Notes under the pieces: generated by a model
Databases searched by the model: none
The model's input: the letters and a program-made list of their open reading frames with translations, nothing else
What the model was told of the DNA's origin: nothing
DNA from: a virus
Strand: one strand, 5' to 3'
DNA: 64,000 nucleotides
Virus record (IMG/VR): IMGVR_UViG_3300049783_001607
Program-made: the position numbers and the translations under genes
Part shown: in pieces, positions 20,561 through 31,280 of the stretch
Numbering within the stretch: position 1 is the stretch's first letter
How the letters are laid out: each line of letters begins with the position of its first letter

Positions 20561-21307
20561 TTATAATCCTATGTTTAATCTACCTTCTTTAGCCATTACT
20601 TTAGCTTTAAATAACTCATCTACTGAATCGGCTTTGTCTATAACTTCTTTAGCCATATCATACCAATCTTTATATTCTCTCAAATAGTTTCTAATTGTTT
20701 TAACGTAAGTTTTATTTTCTCTTATACATGATTTAATAAATAAATATGTACCGTATAGAAATATACCCATATCTCTGGTTTTAACAATTCTTTTGAAAGT
20801 GACTGCACTAGATCCGGATCTTACTCTTAATCTAGCGCCTTCATATTCTTTACCAGTAAAATGTCTTTCCCATCTTTTATTTCCTTCACCATAAGTAGGG
20901 AACATAAATAAAAATATGATGTATTGATAAGCAATAAGACCTTCATTATTTAGATAATTTTTGGCTGTATGTTCTATAGAATCTTCTGTACCTGGCAGTC
21001 TAAGCTTTCCTTTACTGTCTTTTTCACATAATAATCTACAAAGTTTTTTCGGTATTTCTGCAGATATTACTGAATTATATATAGGTTTTATTGTACCAGA
21101 TAAACTCATTACAACATCGTCCTCAGTAATCAATGTCTTACCTATTTTATTATTTACAATATATTTAAGTTTTGAAAGCTCTAACAATTTTAACGCTTCT
21201 ATTGGGTATTCTATCTTATTATAAGTATAGATTAAATACAATGCTTGAGAAGTGTCAATTAAGCATTCTTCTAAAGCTATTTTAATATTATCAAGTATTA
21301 TACTCAT
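20561..21307 (-). CDS. Hypothetical replication-cluster protein
   Basis: 248-aa ORF between PolA and the helicase. Confidence 0.55.
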   Translation of the reverse strand: MSIILDNIKIALEECLIDTSQALYLIYTYNKIEYPIEALKLLELSKLKYIVNNKIGKTLITEDDVVMSLSGTIKPIYNSVISAEIPKKLCRLLCEKDSKGKLRLPGTEDSIEHTAKNYLNNEGLIAYQYIIFLFMFPTYGEGNKRWERHFTGKEYEGARLRVRSGSSAVTFKRIVKTRDMGIFLYGTYLFIKSCIRENKTYVKTIRNYLREYKDWYDMAKEVIDKADSVDELFKAKVMAKEGRLNIGL

Positions 21308-21327
21308 TTGTTTAATTTAAATTATTA

Positions 21328-23478
21328 TTATCCTTTTGTCCAGTGCTCTAGCACATCTGATTCAGCTTTTAATACTCCTGACGGAATTACATGTTTTGCT
21401 GCTTTTTCCATTAATTCAGTTTGTTTTACTTTCCATAAATCTACAAAATCGTCTCTAACTTCTGATAATTGTTGATCATGAACTGTTAATGAAAGTTTAA
21501 CTACATCTTCTAAACTGTTTTCTTCTATATATTTTTTCATTAAACATAGAGCGTATTTCATTATAGAGCCGTTTGTAGCTTGAGGTTTGTAGTTCATCCC
21601 AGCATTTTTATTATGAGATGCTTCCATTCCATTTTTAGGTTTGTTAAAAAATCTAACCCTGCCAAAATACGGTTCTCTAATGTAATTATAAGTTAAAGCG
21701 TCTTGTCCTGACTGTTTAAAAAAAGAAGCCAGTTCTGGAAACGTTGCAAAATATGTAGCCATTAACACTTTGCCTTCTGAAGTAGGTATACCAGAATTTT
21801 CACTAAAAGCTACTACTCCTGTTCCGTACAATAAACTAAAACTTAATCCTTTAGAACTTTTTCTTAATTCATTAGCTTCTAATGTTTTAGGTTTTCCCAC
21901 AGGTGTAGCACTACCTCCAGCATCTAGCCATTTTTGCCCAAATATCTGGTAAGCACTATAACTATGTAAATCATATCCGTTTTCAATAGCGAATATAAGT
22001 TTTTTGTCGTTAGCTAAATAAGCTGATATATACAATTCTGCAGAAGAGTAATCTGAGTCTATAAATTTAAAACCCGGTGCCGGAACAATCATACTTCTAT
22101 ATTGCTCAGTAGATGGTGCTTGCTGCATGTTTGGTTTACTTGAACTCATTCTACTTCCTGTAGGAACTAATTGATTAAAATTAGTGTGTATTCTACCGTC
22201 AGGTTCTATATAGTTGTACATCTTTCTTCCAAATGATGAAACTAATTTATTGGCTTTCGTATATTTTTTATAAGCCATTATCACAGGTTTTTTTAACTTA
22301 CTAAGAGGTTTAACCCCTACACTTTTTAATTGTGGATACCACAGTTTAAAAAACTCTAATAATTGTGGCGGTGAATTAAAATTAAGATTTAAATCTCCTT
22401 TAGCTATAAACATTCCATTATCTATAAGAAATTGTTTGTGCCTGCTCGCTAATAAAATTTCTAAACTACTTGTTTCATCATTTAAAAGTTTTTCAAGAGT
22501 ACTTGGGTCGTCAACTTTTTCAGACAATTTTATTAAAATAGTTTTCGCTACAGAAGATATATTTTCACCGGGATAAAAAAGATTTAAAATGTTTCTTTTT
22601 TGAACAGAACTTCTCCAATTAATCACTACTTCGTCTTGTTCTTGAATAACATTCAGTTCTTTTATACGGGTTTTTATTTTAATATCAGTCTCATTCTTAA
22701 AAGCTAAAATCATCTCTTCTTTAGCATCATAGGCTTTTTGATCGTAATCTTTGATATTATTATCTAATTGCTGTGTATTTATTAAAACACCGTTAATAGT
22801 CATATCTCCAAGAGGTCTCAAAGTTTTATTTTCAAGTTTAAATACTTTAAGTAGTTTCCATTTTGTAAGTGGGCCCATTAAAGCGTCTAATAATTTACCT
22901 AAATACAGTACATCGGTATCCGCGTATAAAAGTTGTTCTGGAGACATCATTTCACCTGTAAAAGTTGTTTGAGAAGCTTTGCTAAGATCTACTCCAAATC
23001 TATGAAGAATTAAATTAGCCAGTCCATTATAACCTTTAGGTAAATCTAATCCCGCTGTTATTAGTTTAGAAGCTAAGAAAGTACATTTAAAGTTTTTTAT
23101 ACAGATTTTAAAATGCATATAAATCACAATATATTCAAATTTAGCGTTATGAGCTAGAAATATTGTTTCTGATCTAAATAAATCAGCTAGTAATTCTATA
23201 GTTTTTCCTTCTTTGTCTAGGTCCGTTATATCAAATATATGTTGTTCTAATCCTATATAATCTCCTAATTGAATTGTATATAGTACTCTATCAGTAGTTA
23301 AATCAGTCACGTTAGTTTCAACATCTAATTGAATCTTGTCATTTTCAGATATAAATCTTATTAATCCATTATCTGATCCTTTTTTTAAAATGGCATTTTT
23401 ATCTTTAAATATGTCTACGTATTCTTCACTAACATAATTTCGTGTAGAACTGTGTATATAAACTGTTCTTTTACTCAT
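21328..23478 (-). CDS. polA: Family A DNA polymerase with 3'-5' exonuclease domain
   Basis: Exo motifs LDVET, AHNAKFE, YADTD; motif A DYSSAEL; motif B RKSSKGLSFSLLYG; motif C TVHDQ. Confidence 0.95.
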   Translation of the reverse strand: MSKRTVYIHSSTRNYVSEEYVDIFKDKNAILKKGSDNGLIRFISENDKIQLDVETNVTDLTTDRVLYTIQLGDYIGLEQHIFDITDLDKEGKTIELLADLFRSETIFLAHNAKFEYIVIYMHFKICIKNFKCTFLASKLITAGLDLPKGYNGLANLILHRFGVDLSKASQTTFTGEMMSPEQLLYADTDVLYLGKLLDALMGPLTKWKLLKVFKLENKTLRPLGDMTINGVLINTQQLDNNIKDYDQKAYDAKEEMILAFKNETDIKIKTRIKELNVIQEQDEVVINWRSSVQKRNILNLFYPGENISSVAKTILIKLSEKVDDPSTLEKLLNDETSSLEILLASRHKQFLIDNGMFIAKGDLNLNFNSPPQLLEFFKLWYPQLKSVGVKPLSKLKKPVIMAYKKYTKANKLVSSFGRKMYNYIEPDGRIHTNFNQLVPTGSRMSSSKPNMQQAPSTEQYRSMIVPAPGFKFIDSDYSSAELYISAYLANDKKLIFAIENGYDLHSYSAYQIFGQKWLDAGGSATPVGKPKTLEANELRKSSKGLSFSLLYGTGVVAFSENSGIPTSEGKVLMATYFATFPELASFFKQSGQDALTYNYIREPYFGRVRFFNKPKNGMEASHNKNAGMNYKPQATNGSIMKYALCLMKKYIEENSLEDVVKLSLTVHDQQLSEVRDDFVDLWKVKQTELMEKAAKHVIPSGVLKAESDVLEHWTKG

Positions 23479-23935
23479 TTCCCATGTTTTTAATTATTTT
23501 TTCAAATTCGTTTATTTCGTTTAACATTGCACTTGAATGCAAATAAAGTTCAGGCTGAAATCTGGGTATTAGAGTAATATTAGTACATCTAAGAACCTCA
23601 TCTACGTAATCAAAAACAGCGATTAACTCCTCTCCTTTAGAAGGTAAGTCAACTGGTCCTTTTACTTGTTCTTCCCATATTACACCTGTCATCAGAAGAT
23701 GGCCCATATCGTAATAAGTTACGGGTTTTTTCTGTCGGTCTAGTTCGATTAATAAATTGATATTGGCTTTAGCTATGACCTTAAGATTTAATATCCATCT
23801 AGGGTTATTGTTTTCAGAATACAATTTATTAAAATCTAGTTTAGAGTTATTTTTAACTATTATTGTACAGGGTTTATCTACTATACAATATCTGTCAAGA
23901 TGTTCGAGTTCAAATTTAACGGACTTTTCCTTCAT
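23471..23935 (-). CDS. Hypothetical protein
   Basis: 154-aa ORF overlapping both neighbours. Confidence 0.55.
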   Translation of the reverse strand: MKEKSVKFELEHLDRYCIVDKPCTIIVKNNSKLDFNKLYSENNNPRWILNLKVIAKANINLLIELDRQKKPVTYYDMGHLLMTGVIWEEQVKGPVDLPSKGEELIAVFDYVDEVLRCTNITLIPRFQPELYLHSSAMLNEINEFEKIIKNMGNE

Positions 23936-25439
23936 CTACATCTATCTTAAGATATTCCCTATTTAAAAATTTATTTTGTACTTTGAAATCTTTGTTATAA
24001 ATATAGGCTCTGAATCCTGCTCTAGAAATAGCTACATACATAGATTGTAATTTTTGTTTTGTAGAGGTTAATTTTACAGCAAATACATCATCTTCTAATA
24101 TAAAAACATGGTTTATTGTACTTCCTTGAGCTTTATGTATAGATGCCGCATAACTATAATTGAAATACGCAAATGATTCTTTAAATGCAAATACATCTTT
24201 CCAATATTTACTTTCTCGTTTAGCCATACTAGTAAGCTCGCTTAATTTAGCTGTATACATATTTTTTCCTTCGTTAGCTACAGTAATAATATCACCTTCA
24301 AATTTTTGATCAATAAATTTTAGTTTTATACAAGGAATATTAAAAGGCCCTAAAATTGCTTTAGCTGATTTAACATTAAATAAAGACCCGTTAGAAATTA
24401 TAACCGGATTTTTTTGAGAGCCTGCTTTTTTTAAAGTATAACCTCCGTTATTTATTACTAATTCTCCTACTTCGTATTGAGCTGAATATTCTCCGTATAA
24501 ACCTAGCCTTATTCTGTTGTTTAATTTATCAATAGTTTTATTTCTATAAGCTAAAATTCTTACGTATTTTGTACCTTTATTTTTTTTAAATCGTTTAATA
24601 GCAGCGTTTAAAACAATGTTTAAAGAATTTAAAAATATATAGCCACTACCATCTTCCCTTATATTACTTACTCTATCTGTTGTTATGTTTATAATGTTTA
24701 AAGAAGGTACAATTCCGTTACGTATTTTAATTATTTCTTTTCTCAATAATAAACTTAAATCGTATATAGGACCAGTAAATCGCATAGGTATTGTAAGTTC
24801 TGCAGATATATTATTAAAAAATAGAGAATCAGTATCTTGATTAACTGGAGGCAATTGACAATAATCTCCTAATATAATAAGTGCTTTATTACTTCTTTTT
24901 GCATAATCAATTATTTCAGTGGCTGTCTCATCATCAATCATAGAGCCTTCATCAAGAATAATTATTTTAAAATTAGTGATAGGCGGAGGAAATTTAAAGT
25001 TTATTCTAGTAAGAATTTGTTTACCTGTGTCATCAAAAGTAACTTTTTTACCTAACAAAGCCGCTATTGTACATACTGAATATTTATTACCTAAAAAATC
25101 TTGCAACACATTTTTAGCAAAATGACTCGGCGCAGCAGCAATAATTTGATCAGCGTATATTCCATTTAAAGCTCTTACAACAGAAAAACTTTTACCTGTT
25201 CCTCCCCCTCCTTGAACCATAAAATAAGGTTTATCGAAAGGGTTTTCTATATATTTACTCATTTTATTGACCATTACTGCTTGTTCATCATTTAGCCCTT
25301 TCATTTGCTCTTCATAAAAATCAGACTTTTTTGTTGTATGTATTACAGGTTTAAAAACTTGATTTGTATTTTTACTTCCATTGTCAAATAGATCGTGAAT
25401 AGGGTTTCTTTTTTTGTTAGGTTTTGAAAAATCTACCAT
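23916..25439 (-). CDS. SF1B Dda/RecD-like DNA helicase
   Basis: GGGGTGKS, DEGSMI, GDYCQLPPV, YAASIHKAQGST, YVAISRA. Confidence 0.9.
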   Translation of the reverse strand: MVDFSKPNKKRNPIHDLFDNGSKNTNQVFKPVIHTTKKSDFYEEQMKGLNDEQAVMVNKMSKYIENPFDKPYFMVQGGGGTGKSFSVVRALNGIYADQIIAAAPSHFAKNVLQDFLGNKYSVCTIAALLGKKVTFDDTGKQILTRINFKFPPPITNFKIIILDEGSMIDDETATEIIDYAKRSNKALIILGDYCQLPPVNQDTDSLFFNNISAELTIPMRFTGPIYDLSLLLRKEIIKIRNGIVPSLNIINITTDRVSNIREDGSGYIFLNSLNIVLNAAIKRFKKNKGTKYVRILAYRNKTIDKLNNRIRLGLYGEYSAQYEVGELVINNGGYTLKKAGSQKNPVIISNGSLFNVKSAKAILGPFNIPCIKLKFIDQKFEGDIITVANEGKNMYTAKLSELTSMAKRESKYWKDVFAFKESFAYFNYSYAASIHKAQGSTINHVFILEDDVFAVKLTSTKQKLQSMYVAISRAGFRAYIYNKDFKVQNKFLNREYLKIDVDEGKVR

Positions 25440-26424
25440 AGTTTGATATTTTATTTTTTATTTTCGTATTATCATTAAAGCTGATTACATTAATATCTTT
25501 AGTTTTTGTTTTAAAAGGAAAGTCAAAAGAATCGGTTCCGTCTGTTATAATAACTACTTTTTTATTTTTAATTTCATTCGAGCTTAATATATCTCGTAAA
25601 TCAATCTTAAATCCTGAAAAAGTAAACGAAACTTTTTTATTTTTTATATTTTCTTTAGTATAAAACTCTCTGCTATTAATTTTATCAGATACAGCTAGCC
25701 ATTCAATTTCGTAATTATTTACAAAAGCCTCATTTAAAATAAAAGCTTTAATAGCTTTAAGTTCAGGTATAAATGCTTCCATAGATTTAGTAGAGTCTTG
25801 CAAGATAAATAATTTATTACCTTTTTCAACGTCAATTTCTAAATTTTTATTTATTTCAAGTTGTTTGGTAGCTAATTTGTACGGAAAGTCTGGTCTTACT
25901 ATGTCACTGAAAGAGCGAGCTCTGACTACATCACTATAAGAATATAACTTAACTACAGTTTTTACTGGTACTGAATTGAACAGTCCATTAAATAAAAGGA
26001 GGTTTGGTGATATGTCACCAATCCCCTCTTTATATAGATCATAGAGACTTTTGTATGAAAAATCACTCTCTTCTAATAGTTTATTGTCCCCCTCTTGATA
26101 TTCAGATATTAAACTTGATTCAGATAGTAATCTTAAATTTATAGTTCTATTTAATTTTTGATAAAACAATACTGATGAATAGCACAATGATTCTCCTTTA
26201 AATCTAAATAAATCAAATCGATTTATAAAAGCCTTTAATTTTGAATTATCAGAGCTATAAAAAGCTTCGTTAGTATTGCCCTCTATATATACCCATGAAA
26301 ATAAATTAAAAAATAATTTTAACGTTTTTTTAGATACATACCCGGAAAGATTAGCATTTTTTACAGCTTTTTCAATTTCTATATCAAAATTTTTGTCATC
26401 CACCATAGGGTGTAACTTAATCAT
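25417..26424 (-). CDS. VWA-domain protein (partner of AAA ATPase, pair 1)
   Basis: MIDAS-like ILQDSTKSM and IITDG; directly downstream of an AAA ATPase. Confidence 0.7.
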   Translation of the reverse strand: MIKLHPMVDDKNFDIEIEKAVKNANLSGYVSKKTLKLFFNLFSWVYIEGNTNEAFYSSDNSKLKAFINRFDLFRFKGESLCYSSVLFYQKLNRTINLRLLSESSLISEYQEGDNKLLEESDFSYKSLYDLYKEGIGDISPNLLLFNGLFNSVPVKTVVKLYSYSDVVRARSFSDIVRPDFPYKLATKQLEINKNLEIDVEKGNKLFILQDSTKSMEAFIPELKAIKAFILNEAFVNNYEIEWLAVSDKINSREFYTKENIKNKKVSFTFSGFKIDLRDILSSNEIKNKKVVIITDGTDSFDFPFKTKTKDINVISFNDNTKIKNKISNYGRFFKT

Positions 26425-27529
26425 TTTGAAGCTGATTAAACATTTGATCTATAGTTTTAAAATGACTGCTCTTAAATATTTTAGATTCAATAATATTAAT
26501 CAGATTTGTTCTAGTATTAATAACATCTTTTAATAAATCGTCTTCTATTTTTATATCTCTTATCTTTTTTTCAGCGTATAGAACTGCACTTTTATGATAC
26601 GCAGTACCTATCAAACTATCTAAAAATTCTTCTAAAGTTAATAAAATTTCTTTTACTGTTTTTTTATTGAATTCCTTTTTAGCTTCTAATTTAATATTAT
26701 CTATGGTATTTGTATTAATTGCAAAATGATCTATGAAATTAATACCTTTATTCAAATAAACATTTGTTATATCTAACGCTACTCTGGGAGATACAGTATT
26801 GTTGAATTCTTCATGATTAGTTGAAAATAATTTTGCCATAAAAAATAAAAGATTAGGATCTACATTTTTTTCTTTATACTTTATTCTAAGTAATTTAAAG
26901 TAATCTGATGTTTTGTAGCTAACCCATTTAACTTCTACTTGTATAGGAAACCTTTCTTGATAAAAAGCTCTTTTACTTTCATCGTCAATAACTTCAGAAG
27001 AAGATTTATTAGCAGCAATAATCATTGTAGATATCAAAGATTCTACTTTTCCATCTTTGTTTCTAAATCCTCTTTCAGTTAAAACGTCTTTAAGAGCAGC
27101 AGCTGTAGAAGGCAGTATGTCAGTAAACTCTTCTCCTATTAATATCCCAGGTTTACAAAAAATCGATTCTTTAAAATTAATTTCATATTTACTTTCTTTT
27201 AATAATTTATTCATGTCAGGAATACCTAATAAAGCATCAACCGGCATGTCTTTGTAGCCAATAACAGAGTGATAAGGGATGTTATATATGTCTAGTATAT
27301 GTTTTATCAACGTACTTTTTCCATAGCCTCCAGGACCGCTTAAAAAGACATTCATATTCATGCTTAATCCTGTGTATATAGCTTTTATAGCTTTAGTTTG
27401 AAATATAAAACTTTTTTCAACCTCTATAAGAAGTTTATTAAAAGGTATTTCTCTAATTCTATCAGTTACTAATTTAGATACTTCTTTATTAGTAGTACAT
27501 TCACTTAAATTTAATTTCTCCATGTTCAT
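26417..27529 (-). CDS. MoxR/RavA-like AAA+ ATPase (pair 1)
   Basis: GPGGYGKS, variant Walker B ILIGEEF, IIAAN, ERF. Confidence 0.8.
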   Translation of the reverse strand: MNMEKLNLSECTTNKEVSKLVTDRIREIPFNKLLIEVEKSFIFQTKAIKAIYTGLSMNMNVFLSGPGGYGKSTLIKHILDIYNIPYHSVIGYKDMPVDALLGIPDMNKLLKESKYEINFKESIFCKPGILIGEEFTDILPSTAAALKDVLTERGFRNKDGKVESLISTMIIAANKSSSEVIDDESKRAFYQERFPIQVEVKWVSYKTSDYFKLLRIKYKEKNVDPNLLFFMAKLFSTNHEEFNNTVSPRVALDITNVYLNKGINFIDHFAINTNTIDNIKLEAKKEFNKKTVKEILLTLEEFLDSLIGTAYHKSAVLYAEKKIRDIKIEDDLLKDVINTRTNLINIIESKIFKSSHFKTIDQMFNQLQND

Positions 27530-27543
27530 TTATTTTATTTAAG

Positions 27544-28554
27544 TTATAGGTCATCTTCAAAATCGAAGTCTTGTTCTTCAGGCATCATTTCCATTTCAGC
27601 TTCAAACACATTTATTGAACTCCAATCAATACTTTTATCTTTTATTGGTTCTCCTAATACAAAATCATGCTCTGCAGCTTCTTCTTCTGTATTTATTAAT
27701 GTTATTAATTTAAATTGTTCTTCAAATAATATTAAAGATTCTTCGACAGTTAGTAACATACTAACATCTATTTCAAAGTCTTTTAAAGCAACGCTTTTTA
27801 CTTTAGCTAAAAGTCTTTTTATACCATTAGCAGCTTTATAATCATCTAAATATTTTTTTTCTTGTTTTTTACCTTGTTTAGTTCGAAGAGTAATAGTGTT
27901 CCACTCAACATAGAAATTTTTAATTACTTCTATTGCTTCAGCAAATCCTAGTCCTTTATTCACTATAGGTGCAATTACTTTTTCTGCAGCACTTTCTCCA
28001 GCTCCAAAACATCCAGGAATATTATCCGTAGAATCTCCTATAATTAATTGATAACAATATTTTTCTATTGAAACACTAGCAGAACAAAAAAGATTTGTTC
28101 CTTTAGTATAATCATAAAACCAAGTATCTGGTATTTGAAGTAAATCTTTATCTGGAGAAGCTACAATAACTTTATTATATTTACCTCTGTATTTTTTAGC
28201 TGCAATAGCGCATGCGTCATCTGCTTCTATATTTAAACAAGGTTCAAATCCCCAATGATCTTTCATTCTTTTTTTCAATATTGGGGCCCAAAATTCATGC
28301 CATTCAGGTTTAGGCGGTCTCTGTCCTTTATATTTTTTTGTAATAGCTATGTCTTTTCTAAAGTTACGTCCTCCTTTATCACCAAAAAATCCATGGTAGT
28401 ATTTAGAGTTGTTAGCTATAAGAATACTTGTTATAAATTCATCTAGTTTAATTGCTCCCAAAGGCTCTAAAGGCATATCTGCTAGTTCGTATCCAATCAC
28501 ATAAATTATAGAATCTGCATCTATTATCGATATATTTTCATCTATTTTTTTCAT
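27544..28554 (-). CDS. 5'-3' exonuclease (FEN / phage RNase H type)
   Basis: IIDADS, YKGQR, EADD, SPDKDLLQIP, GDSTDNIPG. Confidence 0.9.
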   Translation of the reverse strand: MKKIDENISIIDADSIIYVIGYELADMPLEPLGAIKLDEFITSILIANNSKYYHGFFGDKGGRNFRKDIAITKKYKGQRPPKPEWHEFWAPILKKRMKDHWGFEPCLNIEADDACAIAAKKYRGKYNKVIVASPDKDLLQIPDTWFYDYTKGTNLFCSASVSIEKYCYQLIIGDSTDNIPGCFGAGESAAEKVIAPIVNKGLGFAEAIEVIKNFYVEWNTITLRTKQGKKQEKKYLDDYKAANGIKRLLAKVKSVALKDFEIDVSMLLTVEESLILFEEQFKLITLINTEEEAAEHDFVLGEPIKDKSIDWSSINVFEAEMEMMPEEQDFDFEDDL

Positions 28555-29234
28555 TAGGCAGTAAGTATTTCTCGTCCTATATAATCATAAAGAGTATCTT
28601 TAATTGATAATTGTCCTGCAGCATCAATTACCATAGTCCCGTCAATTAATTCATCTTCGTCTACAGTCTCTATTTTAGTATTAAATTTCCAAAATACATA
28701 CACATTTACGTCATCCACATGATCAAGAGCTATAAATTCAGCTATTCCTAATACACCGTTTATACCAACTAATCGTTTAGAAACGACAACATTAATAGTT
28801 TTATTTTTTTCTAGTGCTAATTCTCCAGCTTTTTCTAATGCTTCTGCTTTAGTACCAGTATCTTCAAAAACTATTTCGTTAGTATCATATCTATAAGAAT
28901 TGACTGTTTCCCATTGTTTAGTCCCTCTATTTATTACATTATGTAATATTACTCTAGACGAATCTTTAATAATTGGTTTATGATTATAAAGCGCTCCTTT
29001 AACAGTGTATTCTGATAATTTATTATTTATAAATAGACCGTATAATTTTTTTGAGTGTTTTAATATTTCTCCATTACTGATATTTTCTATTTTAAGTTCC
29101 TGTTCTTTTTCCGGCTCTAAATTGTAATGATCTAGAGAATTTGATTGCTTAAAATTTTTAAAGGCTATTTCCATAGTCTCTCCTTTAACCTTAAAAACCT
29201 CCACTGAGGAGGTAGTTACTTTTCTATTTGCCAT
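28554..29234 (-). CDS. Hypothetical protein
   Basis: 226-aa ORF. Confidence 0.55.
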   Translation of the reverse strand: MANRKVTTSSVEVFKVKGETMEIAFKNFKQSNSLDHYNLEPEKEQELKIENISNGEILKHSKKLYGLFINNKLSEYTVKGALYNHKPIIKDSSRVILHNVINRGTKQWETVNSYRYDTNEIVFEDTGTKAEALEKAGELALEKNKTINVVVSKRLVGINGVLGIAEFIALDHVDDVNVYVFWKFNTKIETVDEDELIDGTMVIDAAGQLSIKDTLYDYIGREILTA

Positions 29235-29252
29235 ATTATTTTATTTAATTAG

Positions 29253-30032
29253 TTAAATACTATCAAGTAGTTTATTACTAAGTGAAGCATGCCGCATCAT
29301 TTTTATTACTCTATTTTTAGTAAAAGTAATATTTACTTTAGTTACATTTAAATTTTTAGCAATTTGTTCTGAACAAAGTCTTTCAACTTTATTTAATCCA
29401 AATAAATGTTCTATAATATACTTTTCTTTTTTATTGAATTTTTTAAGTACTTTATTAATATTAGTTTTTAGTACATTAATTGATAAACTGTCTTCAATAT
29501 TATTAAAAGCGTTGTTGTTTCTGTGATATAATAATTTTTCTGGGAGTTCATATAATCCAGAAATAGAATCATAAGTAGAAAGTTCTGTAAAATAGGTTGT
29601 AGACGTATTATCTACAGTCATAAAACGCTGTAATTCTGCTTCTGTCATATCTATTTCCCATTCTTCTTTTTCTTTTTTATTTTTTATATAAGTATCATAA
29701 AAAATCTTTTGATTTACAGGAATCCTAATAAAACGATAAGTTGGCTCTTCTAAAAATATTCTCTTCTTCATCCATATATAGGCGAAATACATAAAACTAA
29801 CATTTCTGTTAGGGTCAAATTTTCGTATACTATCTAACATCCCTAAAAAAATACAAGACCTTAAGTCGTCGTCATCTTTAATTTCTGTTTTTTTAGAATA
29901 CTTTTTGACCATAAATTCTACATATGGAGTGTACATTTTTATAACGTCATTCTCTGCACGAGAACTTCCTTTTTGAGCTAATGCTATTAACTCAAGAGTT
30001 TTCTTATTCGTTTTATTAGGGTCTGAACTCAT
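29253..30032 (-). CDS. Sigma70-family RNA polymerase sigma factor
   Basis: Region 2 GMLDSIRKFDPNRNVSFMYFAYIWM, then FIRIPV; region 4 EKYIIEHLFGL...QIAKNLNVT. Confidence 0.85.
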   Translation of the reverse strand: MSSDPNKTNKKTLELIALAQKGSSRAENDVIKMYTPYVEFMVKKYSKKTEIKDDDDLRSCIFLGMLDSIRKFDPNRNVSFMYFAYIWMKKRIFLEEPTYRFIRIPVNQKIFYDTYIKNKKEKEEWEIDMTEAELQRFMTVDNTSTTYFTELSTYDSISGLYELPEKLLYHRNNNAFNNIEDSLSINVLKTNINKVLKKFNKKEKYIIEHLFGLNKVERLCSEQIAKNLNVTKVNITFTKNRVIKMMRHASLSNKLLDSI

Positions 30033-30044
30033 TTTTAAATAATG

Positions 30045-31262
30045 TTACAATCTTTTATTAACTTCTTCAATTTGACTATTTAAATTAGATATAACTTCTT
30101 TTTTAATAGTCTCCCACTCACTATCTAAAAGTGAAGCATAATCAGATGGGTGATACATTCCTTTACTTACTGCAAAATGACCTCCAGTAACCATGTAACG
30201 TCTACATCTTAAAGCTCCATCAGAGCTGTATAAATCACAAACTGCGCCTATATCTTCAGGGGCTACTAAACAATCTACTAAAAATGAAGTCTTTTTTCCA
30301 AAATTTTGTACATAATAATAGCCACCTACATGCAATCCTTTAACTCCACTCATATCGTCATTAGTATTTACCTGCTTAAAACCTTTAGATAACTCGTGAA
30401 TTCTGCCTATTTTAATAACATGTCCTAAAGCAGGAGTTTCATTAGTATCATTTATATCTTTACAAGAAAAAGAATCTCCGGTTCTACGCATTATTGGAGG
30501 TTGAAATAAAAAATCTTCCGCTTCTTTTGGTAAATCTAATTCATCTTTAATTATTTCTCCGGTTACTTCATCAACTTCAAGAACTTTTGTGTATCTATCT
30601 ACTTCTTCAATAACTTGTTCTCCAGCTTCATTTTTTACTACTATGAACTTTGTATTTAAAAGTTCTACGTATTTAAAAGCAGCTAATATACCTTGTTCTG
30701 TAATACTAATTTGATCAAAGGTAGATAAATTTTTTGCTATCTGATCAGAATACCCTTCTTTTTCTATCAGTCTAGCTTTATTTTCTTCATCTACGTATTG
30801 AGTTTTAAGGTATGTAATTAATTGCTCAACTTTTGAATTACTATTAGCATACAATTTATTTCTCATTAATCTCACCCAAAAAATTAACCATGGCTTACAA
30901 GATAATTCTTTATCGTTAGCTTCAATCATTTTGTTAATAAAAAAAGTATGTACAGGTTTTACACTGGCTACTTTGTTACTAACTATATGATAAGCATTAG
31001 TTTTTTCATTATAGATAAGATTTCCTTTTAAAGTTTCTACAAGAGAGTTGCTATCTACGTCTCTCAAATCTTTTACAAATTCAAATGCTGTAGTAAGTAC
31101 TGAAGCAGCTTCTTTGCTAGTTTTAGAATTGTTATAGTTTTTTGACGCGCTTACTAAGAACGATTTAAGTTCCGGGGTTAATTTACTTGAGTAGGGATTT
31201 TTACCTATTTTACCTGATAAATACTCGATTTCATTTACTTTAATAACATTGATTGTAATCAT
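30045..31262 (-). CDS. rIIB: rIIB-like protein
   Basis: GLHVGGYYY, LVAPEDIGAV and LRCRRY motifs; downstream of rIIA. Confidence 0.8.
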   Translation of the reverse strand: MITINVIKVNEIEYLSGKIGKNPYSSKLTPELKSFLVSASKNYNNSKTSKEAASVLTTAFEFVKDLRDVDSNSLVETLKGNLIYNEKTNAYHIVSNKVASVKPVHTFFINKMIEANDKELSCKPWLIFWVRLMRNKLYANSNSKVEQLITYLKTQYVDEENKARLIEKEGYSDQIAKNLSTFDQISITEQGILAAFKYVELLNTKFIVVKNEAGEQVIEEVDRYTKVLEVDEVTGEIIKDELDLPKEAEDFLFQPPIMRRTGDSFSCKDINDTNETPALGHVIKIGRIHELSKGFKQVNTNDDMSGVKGLHVGGYYYVQNFGKKTSFLVDCLVAPEDIGAVCDLYSSDGALRCRRYMVTGGHFAVSKGMYHPSDYASLLDSEWETIKKEVISNLNSQIEEVNKRL

Positions 31263-31280
31263 ATTTAGTTTATTTAATTA

